Below, piece after piece: positions 11,065 to 20,013 of a DNA stretch of 64,000 nucleotides. A program made the translations under genes and the position numbers. The stretch is from Synechococcus sp. (GTDB lineage Bacteria; Cyanobacteriota; Cyanobacteriia; PCC-6307; Cyanobiaceae), in assembly GCA_047284725.1 (NCBI GenBank), contig JBJBEO010000001.1, forward strand, positions 576,001 through 640,000, in the 5' to 3' direction. Within the stretch, counting starts at the first letter, position 1. Each line of letters opens with the position of its first letter. The notes under the pieces were generated by a model. It saw only the letters and a list, made by a program, of their open reading frames with translations, had not been told where the DNA came from and did no database searches.

Positions 11065-11197
11065 AGCATTGCGGCATCAGACATTTGGCTTGCCGCAACC
11101 TCGCACTCTCCATACCATTGACCCGTTCAGGGAAGCCTTCGCGGATGTCGACCTCCGCATCGCCAATCAGCCGCTTCCGCAACCCACTCCCTCGTCA

Positions 11198-11473
11198 ATG
11201 AACAAAGCCGACCTCGTCAACCTCGTTGCCGCTCGCACCGAGCTCACCAAAACCGACGTTTCCCTCGTCGTGGATGCCGCCATCGACACGATCATCGACT
11301 CTGTTGTGGAGGGCAAAAAAGTTTCGATCCTGGGCTTTGGTTCTTTTGAGCCCCGCGAGCGCTCCGCCCGCCAGGGGCTGAATCCCAAAACCGGCGAAAA
11401 GATCAAGATCCCAGCCAAGCGCGTGCCTGCGTTCACCGCCGGCAAGATGTTCAAGGACCGCGTGCAGGGCTGA
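11198..11473 (+). CDS. hup: HU family DNA-binding protein
   Basis: MNKADLV...GFGSFEPRERSARQGLNPKTGEKIKIPAKRVPAFTAGK. Confidence 0.96.
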   Translation: MNKADLVNLVAARTELTKTDVSLVVDAAIDTIIDSVVEGKKVSILGFGSFEPRERSARQGLNPKTGEKIKIPAKRVPAFTAGKMFKDRVQG

Positions 11474-11514
11474 TCCTGGCCAACGGGCACTGCCTGTGAT
11501 CAGTGCAGTGAGTG

Positions 11515-11541
11515 GGGTGGCCGGTGCGGTCACCCTTTTTT
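11515..11541 (+). terminator. Rho-independent terminator of hup
   Basis: GGGTGGCCG-GTG-CGGTCACCC hairpin followed by TTTTTT. Confidence 0.8.
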
Positions 11542-11562
11542 GATGGCATCCACCGGGGCCTG

Positions 11563-12462
11563 ATGGCGCACTCTTCTGACTTGCCAAGTCATCTGCACCG
11601 GCTGCTCACCGCCGGCTCCGGGCTGCATCAGCGTGGCTATGTCGGTCGTTTTGCGCCGACCCCATCAGGCCCGTTGCATCTGGGCAATCTTCGGACAGCC
11701 TTGCTGTCCTGGTTGGTGGCTCGCCGCCAGGCTGGTGCCTGGTTGCTACGCATCGACGATCTCGACACGCCGCGGCTCCGTTCCGGTGCCGTGCTCAGCG
11801 CTCTTGAGGACCTGCGTTGGCTTGGTCTGGACTGGAATGGCCCTGTGTTGCTGCAGAGCCGCCGCCGAGGTTTGTACAACGCCGTGTTGTCACATTTGCG
11901 GCGCTGCGGCCTGGTGTATGCCTGCCGCTGCAGCCGCCGTCAGCTTGGAGGGGTGAGCGTCTACCCCGGTACCTGCAGGGAACGCGGTTTGGCCTGGGGC
12001 TGGAAGGACCATCGACTGCCGGCCTGGCGGCTGCGCGTTCAAGACCAAACCGGTGGTTCGTGCGGTGATGTGGTGGTGCGGCGGGCTGATGGATTCATCG
12101 CCTATCACCTGGCGAGCGCTGTCGACGAGCTGGCCTGTGGAGTGACCGAGGTGGTGCGCGGTGATGATCTGGCGCCCGTGCGGTTGGCTCAGGTGGAGGT
12201 GATGGCTGCGCTCGGTCAGTCGCCTCCTTCCTATCGCCACGTTCCGCTGCTGTGTGACGTCTTTGGTGACAAGCTGGCGAAGCGCGATGGAAGTGCTGGC
12301 TTGATGCCCTGGCGAGACAAGGGGGCTTGCCCGGCGGATGTGGTGGGGTACCTGGCCCAGGGGCTGCAGCTGGTGCCTGCTGGAACGGCACTGACGGCTC
12401 AGGAGTTGTTGGTGGAGGTGACCTCGCGTCCGGCAGGACTGGAGGCTTGTCTGAATCCCTGA
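11563..12462 (+). CDS. gluQ: Glutamyl-Q tRNA(Asp) synthetase
   Basis: RFAPTPSGPLHLGN, LRIDDLD, YACRCSR Zn site, VVRGDDL, KLAKRDG; no anticodon-binding domain. Confidence 0.9.
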   Translation: MAHSSDLPSHLHRLLTAGSGLHQRGYVGRFAPTPSGPLHLGNLRTALLSWLVARRQAGAWLLRIDDLDTPRLRSGAVLSALEDLRWLGLDWNGPVLLQSRRRGLYNAVLSHLRRCGLVYACRCSRRQLGGVSVYPGTCRERGLAWGWKDHRLPAWRLRVQDQTGGSCGDVVVRRADGFIAYHLASAVDELACGVTEVVRGDDLAPVRLAQVEVMAALGQSPPSYRHVPLLCDVFGDKLAKRDGSAGLMPWRDKGACPADVVGYLAQGLQLVPAGTALTAQELLVEVTSRPAGLEACLNP

Positions 12463-12531
12463 TTCTTCAGGAAAGCTTCGGGATCAATTGCTCAAGAACC
12501 GCTCACACTGAATGCACGAGCAGGGATTGAG

Positions 12532-12729
12532 GTGATGGTGTGCAGCGATTGTGGTGGCAGCGGTATTCAGCGTGTCGCCGATCAGCGGTTCCGCACCTGT
12601 CAGCGGTGTTTGGGACAGGGCAGGATCCTGAGTGATCCGTTGGGCGAATCGAGGCAGCCTGTCGGTGCCGCTCGATCCGCCGAAGTCGTCGAAATCAACG
12701 CAGTTGCTTCTTCTTCTGCTGCCAGATAA
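12532..12729 (+). CDS. Small DnaJ-type zinc-finger protein
   Basis: Two CxxCxGxG repeats (CSDCGGSG, CQRCLGQG) in 65 aa. Confidence 0.65.
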   Translation: MMVCSDCGGSGIQRVADQRFRTCQRCLGQGRILSDPLGESRQPVGAARSAEVVEINAVASSSAAR

Positions 12730-12811
12730 AGAAGACGACGGTGGTCACCACCGCCAACAGGGGCACGGCGGTGAACAACAGAAGGGCAACGGCAGTCCAG
12801 TCGGTGTACAT
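12695..12811 (-). CDS. 38-aa single-TM micropeptide (not in ORF track)
   Basis: MYTDWTAVALLLFTAVPLLAVVTTVVFFIWQQKKKQLR*; ATG start, one hydrophobic helix, basic tail, host-like codons. Confidence 0.6.
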   Translation of the reverse strand: MYTDWTAVALLLFTAVPLLAVVTTVVFFIWQQKKKQLR

Positions 12812-13018
12812 CCGCAGAGAAAGAAAACCCGCATATCCTCTCAGGAGAGCGTTGCTGAACGACTTCTACCGCTGCATTTGATCGAGATTGCAAGGTTGTG
12901 GGCGTCGAGCGCAGCGTTGATGCAGGCTCCTTTTTCTGCACCGTTTGGCATCACTGGCCCCGTCTTGGTGGCGCCATGTGCTTCGGCAGAGGAAAGTGGC
13001 TCAGGTTGCTTGTGATGG

Positions 13019-13342
13019 ATGCGTCTGGTGTCTCTGGGCGTTGGTGTTGGTGCCTCGCTGTGGATGGCAGGGCTGGGGGCCGTGGCCAGGGCCGATGCGT
13101 TTGCCGGTCTTGAACCCTGGGTGCGCGATTGCTTCACCACGCAAAGGTCCCGGGCCTGTGAGCAGGCATTGTTGCGAGCGGAGGCTCTGCAGCAACGGGC
13201 GGCTGAGCAGGATCGTTATCCCTGCCAAAGCATGGTCCTCGGACTTCAGGCCGACGTGGTGATGGTGCAGTTTCGTCAGGGCCGTGGGGCTCGAGCCTTC
13301 GAGACGTTGGCAGCGGTGCGGCAACGCTGCAGCGGCTTGTGA
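13019..13342 (+). CDS. Hypothetical secreted protein
   Basis: Signal-peptide-like N-terminus (...AVARA), four Cys, helical content. Confidence 0.65.
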   Translation: MRLVSLGVGVGASLWMAGLGAVARADAFAGLEPWVRDCFTTQRSRACEQALLRAEALQQRAAEQDRYPCQSMVLGLQADVVMVQFRQGRGARAFETLAAVRQRCSGL

Positions 13343-13425
13343 TCGCCTCTGCGATGACGGTGCTGACCAGCATCCCCTTGACGGTTCGTCTCCTTAGCGT
13401 GGTGGGGCCTGGTGATGGTCTGGGG

Positions 13426-13674
13426 ATGGGGGTGACACAGCAAGAGAAGGATGAGTGGCGAGATTGTCTGTTGCAGGAGGTGGTGAGCTTTCTGGCGGCT
13501 CGTAAACACGACATTCATGGCAACTACATGCGTGGCAGCGCAGGCCAGCTGCCGCTGGAGCAGTTGGAGGCGGAGGGACTGTTGGATGTGGAAGTGGCGA
13601 TCACCTTCCTCCAGGACAAGCGTCCTGGCTGGGGCCTGGGTAAGGGATTTTTGGGAATGAATCTGATTCAGTGA
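13426..13674 (+). CDS. Hypothetical protein
   Basis: MGVTQQEKDEWRDCLLQEVVSFL...LLDVEVAITFLQDK; coding-like composition. Confidence 0.6.
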   Translation: MGVTQQEKDEWRDCLLQEVVSFLAARKHDIHGNYMRGSAGQLPLEQLEAEGLLDVEVAITFLQDKRPGWGLGKGFLGMNLIQ

Positions 13675-13848
13675 GCCAGCGCACAGATCGCCGTTCGGCA
13701 GGGTTTGAGGAATGGATGGCTCGGCGGGCGCGTTGATCGGGTTTGCTTGGCAAGCATCAGTCTGATTCTCAGAAAGCTCGCTTTGGGTTTGTGAAGTGGC
13801 GATTCGCCAGCGAAGGCCCTCTATCTGCGAGCAGCCTTGAAATCCAGA

Positions 13849-13866
13849 TTTACAACCCGTTACAAA
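13849..13866 (+). promoter_or_regulatory. HLR1-like direct repeat (putative RpaB/SrrA binding site)
   Basis: TTTACAAC-CC-GTTACAAA matches (G/T)TTACA(T/A)(T/A)-N2-(G/T)TTACA(T/A)(T/A) with one mismatch; ends 32 nt upstream of the ATG at 13899. Confidence 0.6.
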
Positions 13867-13898
13867 GCTGTTAACATTGGTTCATATGCGTGCTTCTT

Positions 13899-14018
13899 AT
13901 GACTGATTACACGATCTGGATCTACGCCATGCTCGCCTTTGGGGGGCTGATCACTGCTGCTGTGCTGTTCACGCTCTCCAGGCCCAGTGACCTCCCTTAT
14001 CTCCAAAAGAAAGGCTGA
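13899..14018 (+). CDS. 39-aa single-TM micropeptide (not in ORF track)
   Basis: MTDYTIWIYAMLAFGGLITAAVLFTLSRPSDLPYLQKKG*; AT-rich upstream region, and a GCGTGCATC...GATGCATGC hairpin downstream. Confidence 0.65.
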   Translation: MTDYTIWIYAMLAFGGLITAAVLFTLSRPSDLPYLQKKG

Positions 14019-14099
14019 GTCCGTGCGTGCATCCTCGATTCATTGCCTTGTTGAAGAGATGCATGCCGTAGCGTCGTTTGTGGTGCTGCTACCGATGTC

Positions 14100-14264
14100 A
14101 TGATCGAGTGGTCTGAAGAGCAGGACTATCTGGAATGCTGGGCCATCGCAGGACGGCCATCCCACTCCAAGCATTCGAGGGAGTTTTGTTTTCGGGAAGC
14201 CGGAGTGGCTCGTTTCAATGACGTTGTTGACGATGAGTATGGCCAGCTAGAAGACGATGCTTGA
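14100..14264 (+). CDS. Possible 54-aa acidic hypothetical protein
   Basis: MIEWSEEQDYLECWAIAGRPSHSKHSREFCFREAGVARFNDVVDDEYGQLEDDA*; fills an otherwise empty gap. Confidence 0.4.
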   Translation: MIEWSEEQDYLECWAIAGRPSHSKHSREFCFREAGVARFNDVVDDEYGQLEDDA

Positions 14265-14329
14265 ACGCCTCTAGGCTGGTCATCTCCTCTACTACTGCTG
14301 CTAAAAAGGAAAGTTCTGAGATCGGATCA

Positions 14330-14590
14330 ATGCCGGCAAAATCCACAACACAACCGAATGCTCGGTGTTGGGTGTGGTTTAAAGGGGGGTTGAATGAGGA
14401 GTCCCACTGGCGCAGTGGTTGGTATGGAGCTCCTTCCGTGCTGGGAGGGATTCGAATTGAGCATAGTGATTATGTGCCCTGCCGTTGTCCGGAGTGGCGC
14501 GTGACATTTGAGGAGCCTGCCGACCCGAAGCAGGCGCCCGCTATCCCTGCAGGCGCTGAGTGGAAGTTGTTTCCTACCGAACCGTGCTGA
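14330..14590 (+). CDS. Hypothetical protein (Trp-rich)
   Basis: CWVWFKGG...HWRSGW...IEHSDYVPCRCPEWRVTFEEP; resembles small picocyanobacterial hypotheticals. Confidence 0.7.
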   Translation: MPAKSTTQPNARCWVWFKGGLNEESHWRSGWYGAPSVLGGIRIEHSDYVPCRCPEWRVTFEEPADPKQAPAIPAGAEWKLFPTEPC

Positions 14591-14605
14591 TGTTCTCAGG
14601 GGCGG

Positions 14606-14959
14606 TCAACGACGATGGCCTAGTACAAATCGTTTCACGACGCCTTTGCTTTTCTGATAGCGAATCAGTTCGTCTTCTTCCAAGGTGTTGAGGCTCAGAA
14701 TGCCATTCTCTCTGTACTCGCGCTCGAATGGAACGACCCAGGACGTTCCATCTTGCATGGCGTAAATCAACTCTGCTTCGTCTGTGCTGATGCAGAAGCG
14801 CACTTTCACATCATCAAAGACGCCCACATCGCTGATAAATTCCGCATGGCTGTAATGGCATGCCTGGGCTCGCTCAAACTCATCTTTGATGTTGGCGAAC
14901 GCTGGCATGACGCTGAGCGTCACTGAAGCGCCAAAGAGAGCCAGGCTGGCAATTCGCAT
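14606..14959 (-). CDS. Hypothetical secreted protein
   Basis: Sec signal MRIASLALFGASVTLSVMPAFA, then a beta-rich domain with two Cys. Confidence 0.7.
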   Translation of the reverse strand: MRIASLALFGASVTLSVMPAFANIKDEFERAQACHYSHAEFISDVGVFDDVKVRFCISTDEAELIYAMQDGTSWVVPFEREYRENGILSLNTLEEDELIRYQKSKGVVKRFVLGHRR

Positions 14960-15063
14960 GGAGTCTGGCCTTCAAGAGATTGAAAGGCTTTGTCATAGCA
15001 GTGATTGGCATCTGGTGCTGTGTCAGGTCAGGTCGTAGCGCCGCTTGCTCAAAGAGGTTGGTC

Positions 15064-15399
15064 ATGAGAGGCATTCGGAATGATCCGAAAGATGCCAGGG
15101 ATCAGGTTCAGGCTGCAGATTTTGCAGCTTTGTTGACGCTCTCTTTGCTTGCTTGGTGTCTGGCAGGGTTGTGCATTGTCTCTGCTTCGGTGGACTTTCT
15201 TTTCGTTGAAGCCTTCATGTTTCCAATGACAATTTTAGCGTTGGTTGCGTTGATCGTTGATGCATGTCTGCGTCGCCTGGACTTGGACAATCCCTCATCT
15301 CAAACAATTGCGAGCGCTCCATGCATTGTGAGAGCGCTGAGGTCTCTGTGCGCTTCAAGGCGAAAGTGGTGGCACCTTGACTGTGTTTCAGAATGGTGA
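15064..15399 (+). CDS. Hypothetical membrane protein
   Basis: Two hydrophobic segments; convergent with the next ORF across a hairpin. Confidence 0.4.
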   Translation: MRGIRNDPKDARDQVQAADFAALLTLSLLAWCLAGLCIVSASVDFLFVEAFMFPMTILALVALIVDACLRRLDLDNPSSQTIASAPCIVRALRSLCASRRKWWHLDCVSEW

Positions 15400-15436
15400 A
15401 TCTCCAAGCGAATCCGGCGGCTGGTTTGCAGGTTGC

Positions 15437-15460
15437 CATGTTCCGTATGAACGGAACATG
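15437..15460. terminator. Perfect 10-bp hairpin between convergent ORFs (possible bidirectional terminator)
   Basis: CATGTTCCGT-ATGA-ACGGAACATG. Confidence 0.5.
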
Positions 15461-15461
15461 C

Positions 15462-15650
15462 TCATCCGCCACTCAAGGATTTGGCGTTGCTCATCAAGAC
15501 AAATCCAACCACAGTTGAAAGGATGATCAAGATTGTGGCTGGCCATTCCAGATGCTTCCACCATCCCCGCATGCATGGAACATGCTCTGTGAGTCGATAG
15601 ACAACGATCAAAACCACAATCGTTCCTACAAAGAGTCCCCAGCCACTCAT
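15462..15650 (-). CDS. Small two-TM hypothetical protein
   Basis: MSGWGLFVGTIVVLIVVYRL...WPATILIILSTVVGFVLMS. Confidence 0.55.
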   Translation of the reverse strand: MSGWGLFVGTIVVLIVVYRLTEHVPCMRGWWKHLEWPATILIILSTVVGFVLMSNAKSLSGG

Positions 15651-16090
15651 GAAAACCTGACTGCACAGCTCCTTGTTGATGGCAGTTTCGCAGGCAGACG
15701 TTTGACGTTGAAGTGCCCCGCGTGTGCCAAGCCACTGCAGTTCAATCCCAATCAGTGAGAGGTGTATCTTCAATTGCTGGCCGTGGTCGCTTTGGCAATC
15801 GAAATCGACTGAGTGTGTGTGGAATGGTCGCCGTGGTTGAGCCTGTTGAATTCAGTCGGGTTCATGTCTGGTCACCGTGCAAGCCTCATCGTTTAAAGGT
15901 GGAATCCATTGGTGAATTCGCCTCGCTCTCGCCGGCGGTGTATTGAGGTGTTGGACGGCGGAGTCGACGTATAGCTGGCTGTTGATTTTGCGGAAACTTG
16001 GGATCAACAGAGTTCCTGAGACCGTTCTGCGGCAGGCGTTGTTGTTTTCAAGCTCTGAATTGACGTCCCAGGTGCCGTGGGAACTTAAAA

Positions 16091-16162
<72 letters not shown>

Positions 16163-16172
16163 ATGTGGAGGA

Positions 16173-16254
16173 TGGGCCGGGTTGGATTTGAACCAACGTA
16201 GGCAGAGCCAGCGGATTTACAGTCCGCCCCCATTAACCACTCGGGCACCGACCC
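16173..16254 (-). tRNA. tRNA-Tyr(GTA)
   Basis: Reverse complement GGGTCGGTGCCCGAGTGGTTAATGGGGGCGGACTGTAAATCCGC...GGTTCAAATCCAACCCGGCCCA with a long variable arm. Confidence 0.97.
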
Positions 16255-16360
16255 GAACCACACCGCAAGAATTTACCAGCTGGTCTGCCCCCTGGGTCGC
16301 GATCTTGGGAGATTGCCCGGTCTCGATACGATCTGATTCGTTCTCGCTTGCCTTGCGGCC

Positions 16361-16813
16361 ATGCGTTTGCTTCTGCTCAATGGTCCCAACCTCAATTTGT
16401 TGGGGCGTCGGGAGCCTGGGCTGTATGGCAGTGCGACGCTGTCTCAGATCGAATCGGCCATGGTGCAGCAGGCGCGCGCCTTGAACGTGGACATCGATTG
16501 CTTTCAGAGCAATTTCGAGGGGGCTTTGGTGGAGCGCGTCCACCAGGCCATCGGCCAGGTAGATGGGATTCTGATCAATGCCGGGGCTTACACCCACACC
16601 TCGATTGCTCTCCGGGATGCGTTGCTCGGCGTGGCGATTCCCTACGTGGAGCTTCATCTGAGCAACACCCATGCTCGGGAGTCGTTTCGGCATCACTCCT
16701 ATCTGGCGGATCGTGCCGTTGGTGTGATCTGCGGGTTTGGGGCCGATAGCTACCGCCTCGCGATGGATGCCCTTGTCCATCACCTCAGGGCCCTTGCCGA
16801 GGGGGATGTGTGA
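16361..16813 (+). CDS. aroQ: Type II 3-dehydroquinate dehydratase
   Basis: [40 protein letters not shown]. Confidence 0.97.
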   Translation: MRLLLLNGPNLNLLGRREPGLYGSATLSQIESAMVQQARALNVDIDCFQSNFEGALVERVHQAIGQVDGILINAGAYTHTSIALRDALLGVAIPYVELHLSNTHARESFRHHSYLADRAVGVICGFGADSYRLAMDALVHHLRALAEGDV

Positions 16814-17493
16814 TGGCGTCGTCTCCACTGACAACCTCTGTGGTTGCAACCGCTGCCCTGGCTCAACCTCTTGAAAAATCCGTGGCCAGCATTCGATGGT
16901 TGGCCGCTCCCACGAATGCAGCCTGGGTTGCCCAGGCCACGGCGCGGCCGATCGAAATCCTGATTGATCACGCCCATTGCGAGCGCAAAGCGGCTGGAGC
17001 TGCCGTTCAGTTGATGTTTCGCTATCTCTGCGAGCCGGGGTTAGGGGAGGCCCTCAGTCCTCTGGCGCGGGAGGAGCTCGAGCATTTCGAGCAGGTGCTT
17101 GCCGTGCTCAAGGGGCGCGGCCGCTATCTGGAGCCACTCCCCTCACCGGGGTATGGCGCTCAGCTGGCCAAACACGTGCGCAGGCCCGAGCCCGAGCGCA
17201 TGCTCGATTCTTTTCTTGTGGCTGGCTTGATTGAAGCCCGCAGCCATGAGCGCATGGCCTTGCTGGCTCAGCACAGTCCTGAGCCTGAGCTTCGAGCGCT
17301 GTACCAGGATCTTCTGGCCAGTGAGGCGCGTCACTTCGGTTTGTATTGGGTGCTGTGTGAAGAGCGCTATCCCCGCGAAGTGATCGTGTCTCGTTTGGAG
17401 GAGCTGGCTGCTCTGGAAGCCCAGATCCTCACCGGAGATCTCGATCATCCAGGCGACGTGCGTATGCACTCCGTGGGGGTGATGCGCACTTGA
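16810..17493 (+). CDS. miaE: tRNA-(ms2io6A37)-hydroxylase (di-iron)
   Basis: [31 protein letters not shown]. Confidence 0.93.
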   Translation: MMASSPLTTSVVATAALAQPLEKSVASIRWLAAPTNAAWVAQATARPIEILIDHAHCERKAAGAAVQLMFRYLCEPGLGEALSPLAREELEHFEQVLAVLKGRGRYLEPLPSPGYGAQLAKHVRRPEPERMLDSFLVAGLIEARSHERMALLAQHSPEPELRALYQDLLASEARHFGLYWVLCEERYPREVIVSRLEELAALEAQILTGDLDHPGDVRMHSVGVMRT

Positions 17494-17586
17494 TCCCGAT
17501 CGTGCCGTTTCAGTCGCGATTGGTGGCGTGTTGTGTGAGTGCTGTCTAGAGGTGAGGTCTCTCGATCGATCTCAAAGGTCAGCGCT

Positions 17587-18504
17587 ATGGGTTTGCGTAA
17601 GACGGCCACATGCGGATTGCTCTCTCTGTCAGCTCTGGCTTTAGTGGCGTGTCAAAAGCCTGCCGCCGAGGTGAAGGAAGGTCCGAGTGAGGTGGCCTCA
17701 TCCAGCGCCTTGGAAACAGGCAAGCTGCGGGCTGTGGTGATCGGTCAAGCGTTGCCGATGGTTGAAAAGACTGGCGACAGCTATGACGGCTTGACGTTTG
17801 TGGTGCTCGAGGCGATCCGGGATCAGCTGGCGCATTCTCCTCAGGCCAAGGCGGAGAGTTTCAGCATCGAACCTGTCGCCGTGAGTTCTGCCCGTGAGGG
17901 TCTCGACAAGATTCAGTCGGGCGAGGCTGATATCGCCTGTGGGGTTGCTTTCAGTTGGGAGCGGCAGCGGACGCTCAATTTCACAATTCCATTTGCCAAC
18001 GGCGGGGTGCGCTTGCTCGCTCCGAAGGGCAATGACGGCACCCCCGCCAGCTTGAAGGGAAAAACCATTGGTGTCGTGAAAAACAGTGTGGCTGCCGATG
18101 TGTTGGCGGGGGCTGTTGAAGACGCTCAGTTCCAATTTTTTGAGACGCCGGCGAGTGCGTTAGCGGCGCTCAAAGGTGGTGACGTGACGATCTTGGGCGG
18201 AGACAGTCTCTGGTTGAAGGCCAATCGAGCCGAGACTGCGCCTGATGATGATCTCGTTCCTGATCGGGCTTACTCCCGCTCCGGCGTTGGCTGCGTCGTC
18301 GGAGGGAGCACCCCCCATCTGCTCAATGTCAGCAATTTGGCGATCGGTCGCTTGCTCTCGGCCTATGTCGAGAACGACCCTGCCGTACGTACAGAGATCA
18401 ACCGTTGGATCGGTGATGGGAGTGCCATCGATCTGAGTGACAACCAGATCAGCAGATTTTTCCGAATGGTGTTGGCAACGACCGCTGAGCTGAGAAATCC
18501 GTAA
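17587..18504 (+). CDS. grrP: Orphan substrate-binding lipoprotein, GrrP-like (SBP family 3 fold)
   Basis: Lipobox LVAC; ADIACGVAFSWER...FTIPFANGGVRLL...LKGKTIGV; directly upstream of the Grr precursor and maturase. Confidence 0.8.
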   Translation: MGLRKTATCGLLSLSALALVACQKPAAEVKEGPSEVASSSALETGKLRAVVIGQALPMVEKTGDSYDGLTFVVLEAIRDQLAHSPQAKAESFSIEPVAVSSAREGLDKIQSGEADIACGVAFSWERQRTLNFTIPFANGGVRLLAPKGNDGTPASLKGKTIGVVKNSVAADVLAGAVEDAQFQFFETPASALAALKGGDVTILGGDSLWLKANRAETAPDDDLVPDRAYSRSGVGCVVGGSTPHLLNVSNLAIGRLLSAYVENDPAVRTEINRWIGDGSAIDLSDNQISRFFRMVLATTAELRNP

Positions 18505-18556
18505 GTCCGCTCGATGCATTGGTTCATTTTTCAGTTTTTTCGCTCTGGTGATTCCC

Positions 18557-18868
18557 ATGAACAAGACCACTCTTCTCAGCCTTGCTGCCGCCCTCGCGGC
18601 CAGTTCCGTTCTCTGTGACTCGACCCGTGCTGCTGTTCATAGCCAGCCGGATCCGTCGAATGCGCTGGAGCAGCGTATTCAGAAGTTCGGATCACAAGCC
18701 TGGTCGGCTCAGGGAGATCAGCTTCCCCAGCCGCCAGACCTTCTCGCTCGCGCCTGGGGTAATGGTGGAGGCCGCGCCTGGGGGAACGGTCGCGGTCGCG
18801 GTTTTGCCAATGGTGGCGGTGGCCGCACTTTTGCAAATGCCTACCGGGGAGGTTTCGCAAACTGGTGA
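18557..18868 (+). CDS. grrA: GrrA/OscA-type Gly-rich radical-SAM-modified RiPP precursor
   Basis: Hydrophobic N-terminus, LEQRIQ leader segment, core AWGNGGGRAWGNGRGRGFANGGGGRTFANAYRGGFANW; overlaps the rSAM start (GTGA). Confidence 0.9.
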   Translation: MNKTTLLSLAAALAASSVLCDSTRAAVHSQPDPSNALEQRIQKFGSQAWSAQGDQLPQPPDLLARAWGNGGGRAWGNGRGRGFANGGGGRTFANAYRGGFANW

Positions 18869-20013
18869 AGACTTCTGATTTTGGTCCGATCGGCCTGGTG
18901 GTGATCCAGGCCACCTCCCTCTGCAATCTCGATTGCAGTTACTGCTATCTGCCGGATCGTCAAAAACGCCATCGTTTTGATCTGCAGCAGTTGCCTCTAC
19001 TGCTGCAGAGAATTTATGAAAGCCCCTACTGGGGACCCCAGCTTTCCATCCTTTGGCATGCGGGTGAACCCCTGACGCTGCCCTGCCGGTATTACGACGA
19101 GGCGACCGACCGTCTTGATGAGTTCACGGCCGACCTGCAGCAGCAGGGCGTGTTGATTGAGCAACATGTGCAGACCAACGCCACCTTGATCAACCAGGAG
19201 TGGGTGGATTGCTTTCGGCGCAACCGTCTCGTTGTGGGCGTGAGTGTGGATGGTCCGGAGAAGCTCCACGACACTCATCGTCGTTTTCGTAATGGGCGTG
19301 GATCCCACGCTCTCACCATGCGGGGTATCCGCTTGCTGCAGGATCAGGGCATTCCCTTTCATGCCATTGCTGTGCTTACGGAAGAGGCGTTGGGCCAGCC
19401 GGAGGCAATGTATGCGTTTCTCCGGGATGAGGGAATTCATCACATCGGCTTCAATGTGGAGGAACAGGAAGGGGTGAATGCCAGCTCTTCCATGCAGGGA
19501 CTCAGGCGTGAGCATCAATACCGCGACTTCCTGACCCGTTTTTGGATGTGCAATCAGCGGGATGGTTTCCCGATCAAGTTGCGTGAATTTGAACAAGTGC
19601 TGGAGATGATTCGCTGCGGCCAACGGCTGCGGCAGAATGAAATGAATCGGCCTTATTCGATTCTGAGCGTCGATGCTGCGGGTCACTTCTCCACCTTTGA
19701 CCCTGAGTTGTTATCTGTTCAGACAGATCGCTACGGAGTCTTCAATCTGGGTCACCTGCGTGACCTCTCCCTGGAGGAAGCGACACGAACCGAGGCGTTT
19801 CGCCAGCTTCATGGCGATATGACGGCGGGCATGAGCCGTTGCCGTGACCAGTGCGAGTACTACGGCTTCTGCGGTGGTGGTACAGGCAGCAACAAGTTCT
19901 GGGAGCACGGCACCCTGGATGCCAGCGAAACCTGTGCCTGCCGATTTGCCTCTAAGATTCCTGTTGATGTGGTGTTGGATCAGCTCGAAAGCCAGGTGGC
20001 GGAAGCGGGCTGA
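18865..20013 (+). CDS. grrM: Cyclophane-forming radical SAM/SPASM peptide maturase (GrrM/OscB family)
   Basis: CNLDCSYC (CxxxCxxC), WHAGEP, QTNATLI, SVDGP, STFDPEL, C-terminal CRDQCEYYGFCGGG..SNK....CAC. Confidence 0.92.
   Translation: MKTSDFGPIGLVVIQATSLCNLDCSYCYLPDRQKRHRFDLQQLPLLLQRIYESPYWGPQLSILWHAGEPLTLPCRYYDEATDRLDEFTADLQQQGVLIEQHVQTNATLINQEWVDCFRRNRLVVGVSVDGPEKLHDTHRRFRNGRGSHALTMRGIRLLQDQGIPFHAIAVLTEEALGQPEAMYAFLRDEGIHHIGFNVEEQEGVNASSSMQGLRREHQYRDFLTRFWMCNQRDGFPIKLREFEQVLEMIRCGQRLRQNEMNRPYSILSVDAAGHFSTFDPELLSVQTDRYGVFNLGHLRDLSLEEATRTEAFRQLHGDMTAGMSRCRDQCEYYGFCGGGTGSNKFWEHGTLDASETCACRFASKIPVDVVLDQLESQVAEAG

Noticed and set aside
12840..13010. Possible structured RNA or riboswitch in the gap
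   Set aside because: No cobalamin, glutamine or other riboswitch consensus was recognisable on either strand.
18745..18865. Short repeats that could suggest a CRISPR or tandem array
   Set aside because: They are the coding repeats of the RiPP core; there is no repeat-spacer structure and no cas gene in the window.
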